Source: Candidatus Hermodarchaeota archaeon (lineage in GTDB: Archaea > Asgardarchaeota > Hermodarchaeia > Hermodarchaeales > Hermodarchaeaceae). Taken from it: a stretch of DNA of 64,000 nt. Below are positions 39,756 through 49,207 of the stretch, one piece after another. The DNA lies in NCBI GenBank assembly GCA_016839365.1, contig JAEOUH010000071.1, forward strand, positions 1 through 64,000. Direction: 5' to 3'. The notes beneath the pieces were generated by a model. That model was not told the origin of the DNA. It did no database searches and was given only the letters and a program-made list of their open reading frames with translations. The position numbers and the translations under genes were made by a program. How positions within the stretch are numbered: the first letter of the stretch is position 1; the number at the start of each line of letters is the position of its first letter.

Positions 39756-41297
39756 ATGGAGGTCACTCAATCTTTGAGCATGGCGGTCTATGACGATATT
39801 ATGGCAAAGTACCGTGAGGTGGCGTTAACTGAGTCCGTGATTTCCACCATGGGGTGGGATATGGATGTTTACCTGCCACCCAAAGGATACCCGTTGAGAG
39901 GTGAACAGCTGGGATTACTGAATCAAATGCGCCAGCGGATGCTCTCAAGCCCTGAAATTGGAACACTCCTCAATAAGGCTGAATCCAAAACCGAATATGC
40001 CAAACTCGATGCAACCCAAAGAAGGAACCTCTACTTATTACGACGCCAATATGAAATCATGGTAAAGATTCCTGAAGAACTGACTGGAGCAATCTCAAAA
40101 CAGGCAACAAAAGCGGTCGGCATTTGGAAACAGGCGAAGTCGAAGAACGATTGGAAACTCTTTGAACCTGAACTGGCAGAGCTCATCACCTTGCTCCGGA
40201 GACGTGGAGAAATTCTGATGGAGGTCCGAAATACTCCCACACTCTATGATGCATTCATAGACATCTTTGAACCGAAGATGACGCAAGAAAAAATATCCAA
40301 GGTATTCACAGAGCTTCGAGACGATCTAATCCCATTGGTCGACAAATATAGCACTATAGTGAAAGATATGGATTTTTCTTTCCTGAAACGCAAAGTGCCT
40401 GTTGAACAACAACGTAAAATCGCAACAGCGCTCTGCGAGTACATCCAATATGATACTACCTCGGACCAGGCCGGTGGGCGAATCGATGAAACCGAACACC
40501 CATTCACCAGCGGTTATTATGATGATGTCCGAATAACTACACACTACCATGAGGATAGTTTCACATCTGCATTCTATTCAGTGTTACACGAAGGGGGACA
40601 CGCGTTATACGAACAGAATTTTCCACATGAAGGGAAATTCCAACCCTGGGGCGATTCAGCCAGTTATGGGCTCCATGAATCTCAATCAAGATTCGTCGAA
40701 AACGTCCTGGGGCGATCAAAGGAGTTCATCTCATACTTCTATCCAACACTCAATAAACTTACAAATAATACATTCAAGGATATCAGCGCCAATCAATTGA
40801 CTCAAGCGGTCAATAAGGTTGAACGATCAAAGATCCGCATCGAAGCCGATGAGGTCACCTACTCACTTCATGTCATTATTCGGTTTGAAATTGAACGCGA
40901 TCTCTTCGCGAACAAAGTCAGTGTCGCTGATTTACCTAGTGTGTGGAACGAAAAATACGAGAAATACCTAGGTGTAACAATTCAAACCGACACTGAAGGA
41001 GTTTTACAGGATACACATTGGGCGTCTGGATACCACGGATACTTCCCCAGCTATGCTCTCGGCAACGTCTACGGTGGGCAGCTACTCACGGCGATGGAAA
41101 CGAAACTACCAAATTGGCTCGATCTCGTTGCCTCAGGAGACTTTGGGCCAATCAAGGAATGGATGGGAACTAATGTTCACCGAAAGGGAAATCTGTATGA
41201 CCCTGAAGATCTATTGAAACAGATTACTGGTGAAGGGCTGAACGCAAAACCTTTCATTCATTATTTAACAGCTAAATACAAAAAGATCTTCGACTAG
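39756..41297 (+). CDS. carboxypeptidase Taq (M32)
   Basis: HPF, DVRITT, HEGGHALYEQ, HESQS, IRIEADE, GYFPSYALG; real start may be ATG 39780. Confidence 0.95.
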   Translation: MEVTQSLSMAVYDDIMAKYREVALTESVISTMGWDMDVYLPPKGYPLRGEQLGLLNQMRQRMLSSPEIGTLLNKAESKTEYAKLDATQRRNLYLLRRQYEIMVKIPEELTGAISKQATKAVGIWKQAKSKNDWKLFEPELAELITLLRRRGEILMEVRNTPTLYDAFIDIFEPKMTQEKISKVFTELRDDLIPLVDKYSTIVKDMDFSFLKRKVPVEQQRKIATALCEYIQYDTTSDQAGGRIDETEHPFTSGYYDDVRITTHYHEDSFTSAFYSVLHEGGHALYEQNFPHEGKFQPWGDSASYGLHESQSRFVENVLGRSKEFISYFYPTLNKLTNNTFKDISANQLTQAVNKVERSKIRIEADEVTYSLHVIIRFEIERDLFANKVSVADLPSVWNEKYEKYLGVTIQTDTEGVLQDTHWASGYHGYFPSYALGNVYGGQLLTAMETKLPNWLDLVASGDFGPIKEWMGTNVHRKGNLYDPEDLLKQITGEGLNAKPFIHYLTAKYKKIFD

Positions 41298-41499
41298 AAG
41301 AGAAGAAAATAACACAAATCCACAACTAGATTCAACAATAGCGGATGAGTAGAACCGGAAATCGAGTGATAATAATCGATTCTTCGAAAAACGCATCAAA
41401 AATCTAGCTTCAAGAGACCAACTAAAGCTTTCTTAAAGGCATTTTTTAATAAGCTACATGAGGAGCGATATCAGTTCCTGGAAGGGGTAGCGAAAAAGG

Positions 41500-42348
41500 A
41501 TGATCCATCATGTTTTCATAATTGATGCACGAGACACCGTGGTCGTGCAGAAGAAGTTCTGGATCATCAATGTTGACAAAGAAGAAATACGACGATTCGC
41601 ATTTCGAGTAAAAACGAACCAGATGCTATTGATTGAAGAAATCGGGTCAATAAAATGTATAGGCCAACCCCTTGGCCGGGGTGTTGTCATCCTTTGCGCT
41701 GAGTTCGTTGATGAAGATACAACCTTGATGGAAAAAATCGAAAAAGTGGCTTTTGAGTTTCGCAGAGTGATCAGCTATGAAGAAGAATTCGATGCGTTCA
41801 TGCGGAAACTCGACACCTACGTGACGACTAAGCTAAAAATTAGCTTACTAGGTCACGGCGGTGTCGGCAAGACCACAATACTCCATCTCCTTAATGGTGG
41901 TAAGATGCCCCAAACGTATATCCCGACAATAGGGGTTGATATCCAGAAAGTTGAGAGGACACGAATTGGCACTTATGAACTTTTATTGTGGGATTTTGCT
42001 GGGCAGGAAAGGTTCAGGAAGTTATGGAAGACATTGTTTTCTCGTTGTCGAATCGTGTTTTTAGTCACGGATTCCACTTTGGAGAATGTTTTACAGAGTA
42101 GGGATATTCTGGATTTTTTGAAAGAACATGATTCGCTGAATGCTGTTGTAATTATTGCAAACAAGCAAGATTTACCTGGAGCCCTTCAACCATCGATTGT
42201 CCAACGATTATTGGGCATAAAGACATTCGGACTCATAGCAATCGATCCTAATGACCGCTTGAAAGCCCTGGATATCATCCAAAAAAGCCTCGAACGTGAA
42301 GTGGATTGGACAAAGATGGAAATCGATACTATCAATTTCCTCCCGTAA
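41500..42348 (+). CDS. Ras-superfamily (Arf/Rab-like) small GTPase fused to an N-terminal longin-like domain
   Basis: G1 GHGGVGKT, G2 PTIG, G3 WDFAGQ, G4 NKQD; the N-terminal ~110 aa start MIHHVFIID...KKFW. Confidence 0.88.
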   Translation: MIHHVFIIDARDTVVVQKKFWIINVDKEEIRRFAFRVKTNQMLLIEEIGSIKCIGQPLGRGVVILCAEFVDEDTTLMEKIEKVAFEFRRVISYEEEFDAFMRKLDTYVTTKLKISLLGHGGVGKTTILHLLNGGKMPQTYIPTIGVDIQKVERTRIGTYELLLWDFAGQERFRKLWKTLFSRCRIVFLVTDSTLENVLQSRDILDFLKEHDSLNAVVIIANKQDLPGALQPSIVQRLLGIKTFGLIAIDPNDRLKALDIIQKSLEREVDWTKMEIDTINFLP

Positions 42349-42406
42349 GCACAACGAACGGCGCTATACCTGAATCATTTGTAAAGCCAACGAATTTAAT
42401 TAGACA

Positions 42407-43306
42407 ATGCATTCTCAAAATGTATTAGTGAATTACATGGCAAGCCAAACCGATGCACCCACTAGCCAAAAGCCTGACAAGTTCCTTGTGAGTAAGGTTC
42501 ACACCTCAGAGAATCTTCGAACGGATATCGAAAAAGCCGTAGAGCTCATTGGCGGGTTTGACCCCCTAATCCAGCCTGGCGATTTGGTGACCATAAAACC
42601 CAACCTGAATACCGCTGACCCCTATCCCGCCTCGAGTGATGTGGATTTCATTCAAGCATTAGGTGAAGCCTTGTTAGCTGCAGGGGCTGGAAAGCTCCAA
42701 ATCATGGATGCATCTACCCAACGCGTTTGCACCCGGGATGTCGGTGAAGCCATTGGCATCTGCGACGTGGCATTGGATTTGGATGCCGATTTCATTTCCC
42801 TTGATGAGCACCCCTGGATCAAACAAACATTACCTAAAGGGAAGTACCTGAAGAGTGGGCATATCGGTGAACCAGCCCTGAATCTTGGTAAATTGGTCAT
42901 TGCTCCGTGTTTGAAGACCCACTTTATCGCAAAATTTACAGCTAGTATGAAGGTGATGATGGGGTTGCTGAAACGCCAAGACCGTCTTAAAATGCACATC
43001 CGACACCTCGAATATAAAATCGCCGACCTTGCCTCCTATTTTCATCCAATACTCGTAATAATGGATGCCCGTAAGATCTTCGTGACAAAGGGTCCTGCTT
43101 CCGGAGACCTTGAAACCCCCAATCTAATTTTAGCAAGTCACGACATGGTGGCTATTGATGTTGAGGGTGTGCGACTTCTTCAAAGCTATAACGCGAGTAA
43201 CAAACTCAATGTACCGGTTTGGGAGCTAGGACAAATCGCCCGAGCCAAGGAAATCGGGTTCGGAGCTACAAGTGATGATGAGATTCAAGTCATCGAGGGG
43301 CCTTAG
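42407..43306 (+). CDS. DUF362 family protein
   Basis: VTIKPNL, LKTH, SMKVMMG, DMVAID. Confidence 0.82.
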   Translation: MHSQNVLVNYMASQTDAPTSQKPDKFLVSKVHTSENLRTDIEKAVELIGGFDPLIQPGDLVTIKPNLNTADPYPASSDVDFIQALGEALLAAGAGKLQIMDASTQRVCTRDVGEAIGICDVALDLDADFISLDEHPWIKQTLPKGKYLKSGHIGEPALNLGKLVIAPCLKTHFIAKFTASMKVMMGLLKRQDRLKMHIRHLEYKIADLASYFHPILVIMDARKIFVTKGPASGDLETPNLILASHDMVAIDVEGVRLLQSYNASNKLNVPVWELGQIARAKEIGFGATSDDEIQVIEGP

Positions 43307-43350
43307 GAATCTGCAAGAATCTAAACAAGATTTACTATGCGTTGAGAATT

Positions 43351-43821
43351 CTATCTGGACACTTTGATGATGTCATCGTAGTGCCCGTCGCGGATTTTGT
43401 TGAGGACTACGAAGGAGCGGGTCTTTTCGATGAAGCCTTGATCACGGATTTGTTCGATGATTTCTTCAAAGCAAGGAATATCACGGCAGACAATTTTGAT
43501 AATGAGGTCAAACTCACCAGTCACCGTGTAGATTTCGACGATGTTATCAATGTCCTGAAGCGCTTTGGCTACTTTGGGTCCTGGCATTCGTCCGGCGTTA
43601 ACACCCATGAGGACTATTATGGGATTGTCAGCTTTTTCATAATCGATATCCACGGTGAAGCGTTTGATAACGCCAGTTTTGGTGAGTCGATCGATGCGGC
43701 GACGCACGGCCGATTCATTCAGCCCAAGGGTTCGAGCTAGTCCAGCAACAGGTTGCCGGGCATCACGCACAAGGTGTCGAAGAATCCGCCGATCGGTTTC
43801 ATCAATGAGTGATTGGGTCAT
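43351..43821 (-). CDS. Lrp/AsnC family regulator
   Basis: DETDRRILRHL..DAR, ESAVRRRIDRL..GVI, VTGEFDLI. Confidence 0.95.
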   Translation of the reverse strand: MTQSLIDETDRRILRHLVRDARQPVAGLARTLGLNESAVRRRIDRLTKTGVIKRFTVDIDYEKADNPIIVLMGVNAGRMPGPKVAKALQDIDNIVEIYTVTGEFDLIIKIVCRDIPCFEEIIEQIRDQGFIEKTRSFVVLNKIRDGHYDDIIKVSR

Positions 43822-43997
43822 TTTGTCACATCCGCAACATTTTAAGGAGGACTTGAGGGGGCTCGAAAATCAAGGTTTTGGGAGCCATTTCTAGCCTGTT
43901 TCAGTCATACCCTTAAAGGATATTGGTGGTTTATGCATTTTCATTCAAATTTCTTGGCAGATTCTAACGTTCCCTTATATTATATCGGTGGATTTCA

Positions 43998-44885
43998 ATG
44001 GCAAAGGATCCAGTTTTCTACATTGATGGAGAATTTGTGCTGAGTCAAGAAGCTAAGATTTCAGTATTTGACCATGGCCTCCTGTACGGTGACGGTATCT
44101 TTGAAGGCATCCGCATCTATTCGGGTGTGGTCTTCAAGTTGGATGCCCATTTGGATCGGTTGTATCGGAGTGCTCGGGCGATGTGGTTGACAATTCCCCT
44201 GGAGAAAGCAGAAATGAAGGCGGCAGTGTTGGAGACGCTCCGGCGTAACGGGTATCAGGACTCGTATATCCGGTTGCTGGTGACCCGGGGGAAGGGCGAT
44301 TTGGGGGTAAATCCGAAGAAATGTCCAAAGGCGTCAGTGGTGATTATTAACGTCCAGGTGGAGCCCATGCACGGACATGGCAAAGCCGATGGGATAACCA
44401 CAATCATTTCAAGCATCCGGCGACAAGCCCCGGATTCGACGAGCCACGAAATCAAATCCCTCAACTACCTGAATAGTGTCTTAGCTACGATTGAGGCGAA
44501 TCGACAGGGCGTAGACGATGCAATCATCTTGGATCAACGAGGCTTCGTCGCAGAAGCGACAGGTACTACGCTCGTGGCGGTCTGGGATGGTGCGTTGTAT
44601 GCACCTCCGCTGACAGCCAGCATCTTGGATAGCATTACCCGACGATTCGTCCTCGAAATGGCGGAAGATCTCGGTTATCCAGTTCATGAAAGAGATATGA
44701 CACCATTCCAGCTGTTGATGGCTGAAGAGGTGTTTCTCTGTGGGACTATGGGTGAGATAACACCAGTACGTAGCATCAACGACCAAGAAATCGGTTCTAA
44801 AACACCTGGTCCTATCACTGAACAATTAATTGCTGAGTATCAGAATCGTCGAAAAGACCCTAAGAATGGCACACCGATTAGCTAG
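43998..44885 (+). CDS. ilvE: branched-chain amino acid aminotransferase (class IV PLP)
   Basis: DHGLLYGDGIFEGIR, HLDRL, YIR, KSLNYL, ILDSITR, EVFLCGT. Confidence 0.93.
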   Translation: MAKDPVFYIDGEFVLSQEAKISVFDHGLLYGDGIFEGIRIYSGVVFKLDAHLDRLYRSARAMWLTIPLEKAEMKAAVLETLRRNGYQDSYIRLLVTRGKGDLGVNPKKCPKASVVIINVQVEPMHGHGKADGITTIISSIRRQAPDSTSHEIKSLNYLNSVLATIEANRQGVDDAIILDQRGFVAEATGTTLVAVWDGALYAPPLTASILDSITRRFVLEMAEDLGYPVHERDMTPFQLLMAEEVFLCGTMGEITPVRSINDQEIGSKTPGPITEQLIAEYQNRRKDPKNGTPIS

Positions 44886-44925
44886 GTCACTTCCTTGGAC
44901 TTTCTTGCGGTCACCTCCAAGCGGA

Positions 44926-46377
44926 CTAAATAGGGATAATAGTCCCCTTTAGCGTTGAAGAGACAGGGCTATGCTTGCTGAAATATTGTTTGAGGGCATC
45001 AATTGCTGTGACCTTGAGATCTCTCCGGTTAGTGCCATAATGGGCGGGGATACCTTGGATAGTGAGGAAACAGGCACGGTACATCTTTGCGGGATTCAGG
45101 GGATGTCCCTCGATGAAGAAATCGAGGATACGCTTACGGTAGGGGTTCTCGATTTTAAAATAGATGTTCAGACCTAAGCAGCGTTTGACATAGCCCCCTT
45201 GCTGTCGGTAGGGATCACGGGAAAAGGTGTTTTCTAGATTATCTTCCATCATCTGCCACAGCTGTTCCCCCTTAATATCACAGATTGAGATGGGGGGATT
45301 GTGAGGGATGATATTATAGAGATCATCCATGGTCACGTCCCCTGGAGGGATTGGGGCTCCAAAGCGATAGCCATTCGAGAAGGCGAGTTCGGCTCCGCTT
45401 GCATCGAAACAGGCTTGGAGTAGAAGATTATCCATAGTGGATTCAAGAGAACGCCAACGGCTGAGAGTGCTGCGGGTTTGTCCGACAACAGTGTTGAGCA
45501 TTGATTGTTCCGAGGTGGAAAGGATACGAGAGACCATGTCTTCGACGGCGGGGTTGGGTGGTGTGACCTCTTCGATGGTATGGAGTTTGTGCTGGAAGGT
45601 TTTGACCCGGTTGTTGACGATTTTTAAATCGAGCTTCCCAAGAAAAGATGCATGGCTCCCGGATTGAATAATAACGGCACGGTTTACCACAACGGGTTGG
45701 TAGAGGCGATTATGAGTATGTCCACTGAGGAGTATATCGATACCATCGATTTCAGAGGCGAGTTTGAGGTCGTGGGGATACCCTAGATGCGATAAGACGA
45801 GAACTAGGTCGACACGTTCTTTTTCACGGAGATGAGTTATATAGTCGGGGAGTTCTTCGTTGCCGAGGGTGAAATAGACACCTTCACTGAAGGAGGGGGG
45901 CATGGTTTTGTCAATGTGGTTCGCGCAAATTCCCACAACCCCGATATGAAGCCCATTGCGCTCAATGATAGTGCCTGGGGAAAAGATGAGGGTCTTGGTG
46001 TCTTTCGAGTAACAATTGATAGCCAGCATTGGATAATTGAGTTTATGCGTAATGGCTTGGAATTCAGCGGGTCCGTAGGCAAATTCCCAGTGTGCGGTCA
46101 TGGCATCGATGGCTAAGGCGTTGAGGATAGGGATCATCGCGTTGCCATTATCTTTCATCGCGGTGTAGGTGCCATGGATAGTATCCCCGTTGTCAAAGGT
46201 GAGGACCTGGTTGGGATGGTCTACTTCGAATTGACCAAGGAGGGTCGCTAGACGAGCAAAGCCGCCAACTTTCTTCGTGGTGGGGCGGCCGCTTTTCCAA
46301 AGAACTTCATGGTGCGGGTTGAGATATCCGTGGGAGTCGTTTAGCTGGAGAATAGTGAGATGACGTTCTTGACTCAT
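44926..46377 (-). CDS. 5'-nucleotidase-family metallophosphoesterase, SoxB-like, cytoplasmic
   Basis: NDSHG, DNGDTIHG, TAHWEF, SHLG, SGHTH, YRQQGG; no signal peptide. Confidence 0.85.
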   Translation of the reverse strand: MSQERHLTILQLNDSHGYLNPHHEVLWKSGRPTTKKVGGFARLATLLGQFEVDHPNQVLTFDNGDTIHGTYTAMKDNGNAMIPILNALAIDAMTAHWEFAYGPAEFQAITHKLNYPMLAINCYSKDTKTLIFSPGTIIERNGLHIGVVGICANHIDKTMPPSFSEGVYFTLGNEELPDYITHLREKERVDLVLVLSHLGYPHDLKLASEIDGIDILLSGHTHNRLYQPVVVNRAVIIQSGSHASFLGKLDLKIVNNRVKTFQHKLHTIEEVTPPNPAVEDMVSRILSTSEQSMLNTVVGQTRSTLSRWRSLESTMDNLLLQACFDASGAELAFSNGYRFGAPIPPGDVTMDDLYNIIPHNPPISICDIKGEQLWQMMEDNLENTFSRDPYRQQGGYVKRCLGLNIYFKIENPYRKRILDFFIEGHPLNPAKMYRACFLTIQGIPAHYGTNRRDLKVTAIDALKQYFSKHSPVSSTLKGTIIPI

Positions 46378-46490
46378 TCAGGATAGTTCCTCCCGGTTCA
46401 CCAAAGGGCTCAAATGCGAACGAATCTATTCTCATGATGGCACTTGAGGATTCCGATTCTGCAGAGAAGGATATCTGTTTGATACAAAGT

Positions 46491-46757
46491 TTAGACCGAA
46501 GGGGTGCCTTTGGTTTGATTGGTTTTCGAACGTGGGAATGGACAGGATTGCATCATCGCTTGAACTCCCTTGACAGATTCTTTGATAAGGAAATTCCAGG
46601 TTAAAGGACCAAGATCGAGGAGGGCATTGAGAAAATTATCCCAGGTTTGTTCACCCAACCCAAGACTTTTCTCATAGGCGCTTTTCATTGCTACAAACTT
46701 AGCTTTGGTTCCACAGAGCATACCGATTGCTGTCCATTTGTCCTTTGATTTTGACAT
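46491..46757 (-). CDS. small hypothetical protein, possibly ribbon-helix-helix-like
   Basis: GGAGG before ATG 46757; WTAIGM..TKAKF...TWDNFLNALL. Confidence 0.55.
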   Translation of the reverse strand: MSKSKDKWTAIGMLCGTKAKFVAMKSAYEKSLGLGEQTWDNFLNALLDLGPLTWNFLIKESVKGVQAMMQSCPFPRSKTNQTKGTPSV

Positions 46758-46937
46758 TAGATAGCCTCCGAGATTGAGAGCACTTCCTGACAATATCAGT
46801 TTTCATTTTTGAACCTGTCGGCTCAAAGGTAGACAGAAAGTTTGGTAATTTTTTATTCTCTGTATTCGATTTTCTGGTAGCAATAAATAATTAATGGATT
46901 CAGGTTAATGGTGGTGTGGAGTTAAGGTGTTCAGTCG

Positions 46938-47483
46938 ATGCGAATTAAAGCTCTTGTTGAGGGACTTGAGGAGTTAGCCGTAGAACTTGGGGTTGAGGGA
47001 TGGTCTGAGTTTCGAACCCCTGATCGCACACGCATTGATTATGCAATTACTAGAGGATCCCAACGGCTACTTGCAGTGGAGTTTGAACAGTCACGAAAGT
47101 GGCTGTTTGCGCGAGTGCTTTATAATGCGATAAAAGCACAGCGTGCAGAATTTCCAGCTATTCTGTTTGTTTATCCTTTCTATGATCTCCCTCGAGCAGG
47201 TCGTTCATGGGTTCCAAATTATGTGGAAGATACCTTAGGGCTCCGATTAGCTTTATGTCATCCTCGCGATTGCCTTGTGAGTACTCGTACACTTATCTGT
47301 GAACAGTTGGATTTTCCAGTTCCAACCGAAATTATTGAGAGGGATTATGTCATATCTTCGAATACGATGCCAGGATCACTGAAAGTAGGTGCAGAGGCTT
47401 GGAAGACTTTGAAATCTCGTTCAGCCTTTAAGAAACCTCAAAAACAACGAGTATCGAAAACATCAACAAGAAGAAAAAAATAG
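46938..47483 (+). CDS. hypothetical protein with PD-(D/E)XK-like motif
   Basis: SEF...RIDYAI...LAVEFEQS; basic C-terminal tail. Confidence 0.6.
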   Translation: MRIKALVEGLEELAVELGVEGWSEFRTPDRTRIDYAITRGSQRLLAVEFEQSRKWLFARVLYNAIKAQRAEFPAILFVYPFYDLPRAGRSWVPNYVEDTLGLRLALCHPRDCLVSTRTLICEQLDFPVPTEIIERDYVISSNTMPGSLKVGAEAWKTLKSRSAFKKPQKQRVSKTSTRRKK

Positions 47484-47570
47484 GCCATCGAATGAAATTT
47501 GATAATTGGGGCATGAAGCTTATAATCTCATAATATACAGTTTTGATAATGTCTGAGTAGGGGAATAGAA

Positions 47571-48566
47571 ATGAGCGAGACAATTGATCAGGTTATATCC
47601 GATAGACTTGAAGTTCTCTCACGCACGACATTCCCTATTAACTACGTTTTCTCTAAGACCTTTGAATTTGCAGTTAAACATCGAGATTGTGCTTTGACAA
47701 TTGTAACAAAGTCAGGCGCACAAGTGAACTTCACTATACCTGTCAAAGTGCATCCAAAGTTATTGGATCGGGAAGGAGCATTTACTTACCGAAGACGTTT
47801 GTATTATGTTAAAGAACTGAAAATCCTTGATAGCTTTTTGGTTCTCACCCAAGACCAACTTGATCTACCCGAAAAACAAGAACCAAAAGAAAACGTTGGA
47901 CTCTTTGTAAAAGCTGTAACACCCTATGTTGAAGCTGTGAATGAAGTCATTCGGCGACGATTCGGAACGATAGTGATCCGTATTTCCACTCGAGATAAGC
48001 CGATGGTCTTACATCGCCAATCGATGAAAGGAAAACAAATTCTTACTGCAAATGAACTTTTCTCAGAGACTGAAATTCTGTCAGAGCTCAGACTTGCGAT
48101 TAAGGAGACTCTTTTCAGAAGTAAACCAGGTCCGAAAATCCAAGAAAAAGGGCAGGAAAAAACTCAAGAAACCACAGTGCAGGCTTCTTTTTTGACATTG
48201 GAGGATGGGCGAGTGATCCTTCATTCTCCCGGTAGTGTTCAAGCACAGGAATTTATTGAGCTGGGGAAGGTTCCTTACCGCTTTGATAGTAAGGAGGGTC
48301 CGATCACAGCTCGGGCGATTATTACTAGTTTTCTTCAATTTAAAGATCAGTCCATTGCTCAATTGCTTGAAGAGTATAGCGATTTGGCATTTCTTCCCTT
48401 TTTCTTCGATCTTTATTTGGAACAGGGTGGACCTCCAATTCGGAATATTGCTCTCTTTGATGGAAAACTGATAATTGGTCGAACTCCAGGATCAAATATT
48501 AATGAAGGAGCGTTTGAGATATTTTTGGCAAAATCTGGAATCGACAAACGTCTTTTGAAAAAATGA
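47571..48566 (+). CDS. hypothetical protein
   Basis: 331-aa ORF with TATA-like and purine-rich elements upstream; no motif recognised. Confidence 0.75.
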   Translation: MSETIDQVISDRLEVLSRTTFPINYVFSKTFEFAVKHRDCALTIVTKSGAQVNFTIPVKVHPKLLDREGAFTYRRRLYYVKELKILDSFLVLTQDQLDLPEKQEPKENVGLFVKAVTPYVEAVNEVIRRRFGTIVIRISTRDKPMVLHRQSMKGKQILTANELFSETEILSELRLAIKETLFRSKPGPKIQEKGQEKTQETTVQASFLTLEDGRVILHSPGSVQAQEFIELGKVPYRFDSKEGPITARAIITSFLQFKDQSIAQLLEEYSDLAFLPFFFDLYLEQGGPPIRNIALFDGKLIIGRTPGSNINEGAFEIFLAKSGIDKRLLKK

Positions 48567-48596
48567 ATAGTGATTGGCTGACTAAGTGGAATGAAG

Positions 48597-49202
48597 TTAT
48601 AGATTCTTCTTGATTGCATCGACACCAAGATTAAATGCGGTGAGATTGACATCCTTAAGTCGTCGTATTTTCGCGATTTCTTGTTCTAGAACAATGACAT
48701 CTACAGGAGTGATGTGAGCCCCAGCTAGTGCCCCGACCATAACGGTATTCATGACTAAGGGATCTCCAGCTTGTTGGGCTAGATCTACCGCATCCAGAGT
48801 GTATATCTTAGAGCACAGTGTTCGAAGTCGTTTTTCAACTTCATTGATTGAAGGATATTCAAGTTGACCTGTGAGCACTTCAATAGGATATACAGGGTGC
48901 ATGTTTACAATTGCTGTACTAGAAGGATTCAGGAATTTAGCGCCTACACGGAGTGCTTCAATAGGCTCAAAACCGAGTAGCAGATGGGCTGAGTGCTGTG
49001 GGATAAGGGGACCAACATCGTGTTTGCTTATCCGAATATGCGACATCACTGACCCCCCGCGTTGAGCAGCTCCGTAAGTTTCTCCGATTGCGACGAAATA
49101 GCCTTTAGCTATTGCCGCATCAGCGACTAAGCGTGAGGAGAGAACGTTTCCTTGACCACCTACACCCGCAATCACGATGTTGAAAGGGTCGTCGTATTTC
49201 AT
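48597..49202 (-). CDS. iorB: indolepyruvate:ferredoxin oxidoreductase beta subunit
   Basis: AGVGGQG, ETYGAAQRGGSV, EPIEALR, NTVMVGA; start ATG 49202 (GGAGTGA upstream). Confidence 0.93.
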   Translation of the reverse strand: MKYDDPFNIVIAGVGGQGNVLSSRLVADAAIAKGYFVAIGETYGAAQRGGSVMSHIRISKHDVGPLIPQHSAHLLLGFEPIEALRVGAKFLNPSSTAIVNMHPVYPIEVLTGQLEYPSINEVEKRLRTLCSKIYTLDAVDLAQQAGDPLVMNTVMVGALAGAHITPVDVIVLEQEIAKIRRLKDVNLTAFNLGVDAIKKNL

Positions 49203-49207
49203 ACTTC

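Noticed and set aside
43342-43740. 132-aa antisense ORF over the Lrp gene, and similar shadow ORFs over dnaK, feoB, bzdP/Q and the RACo gene
   Set aside because: They are mirror frames of well-supported genes with no independent motifs.
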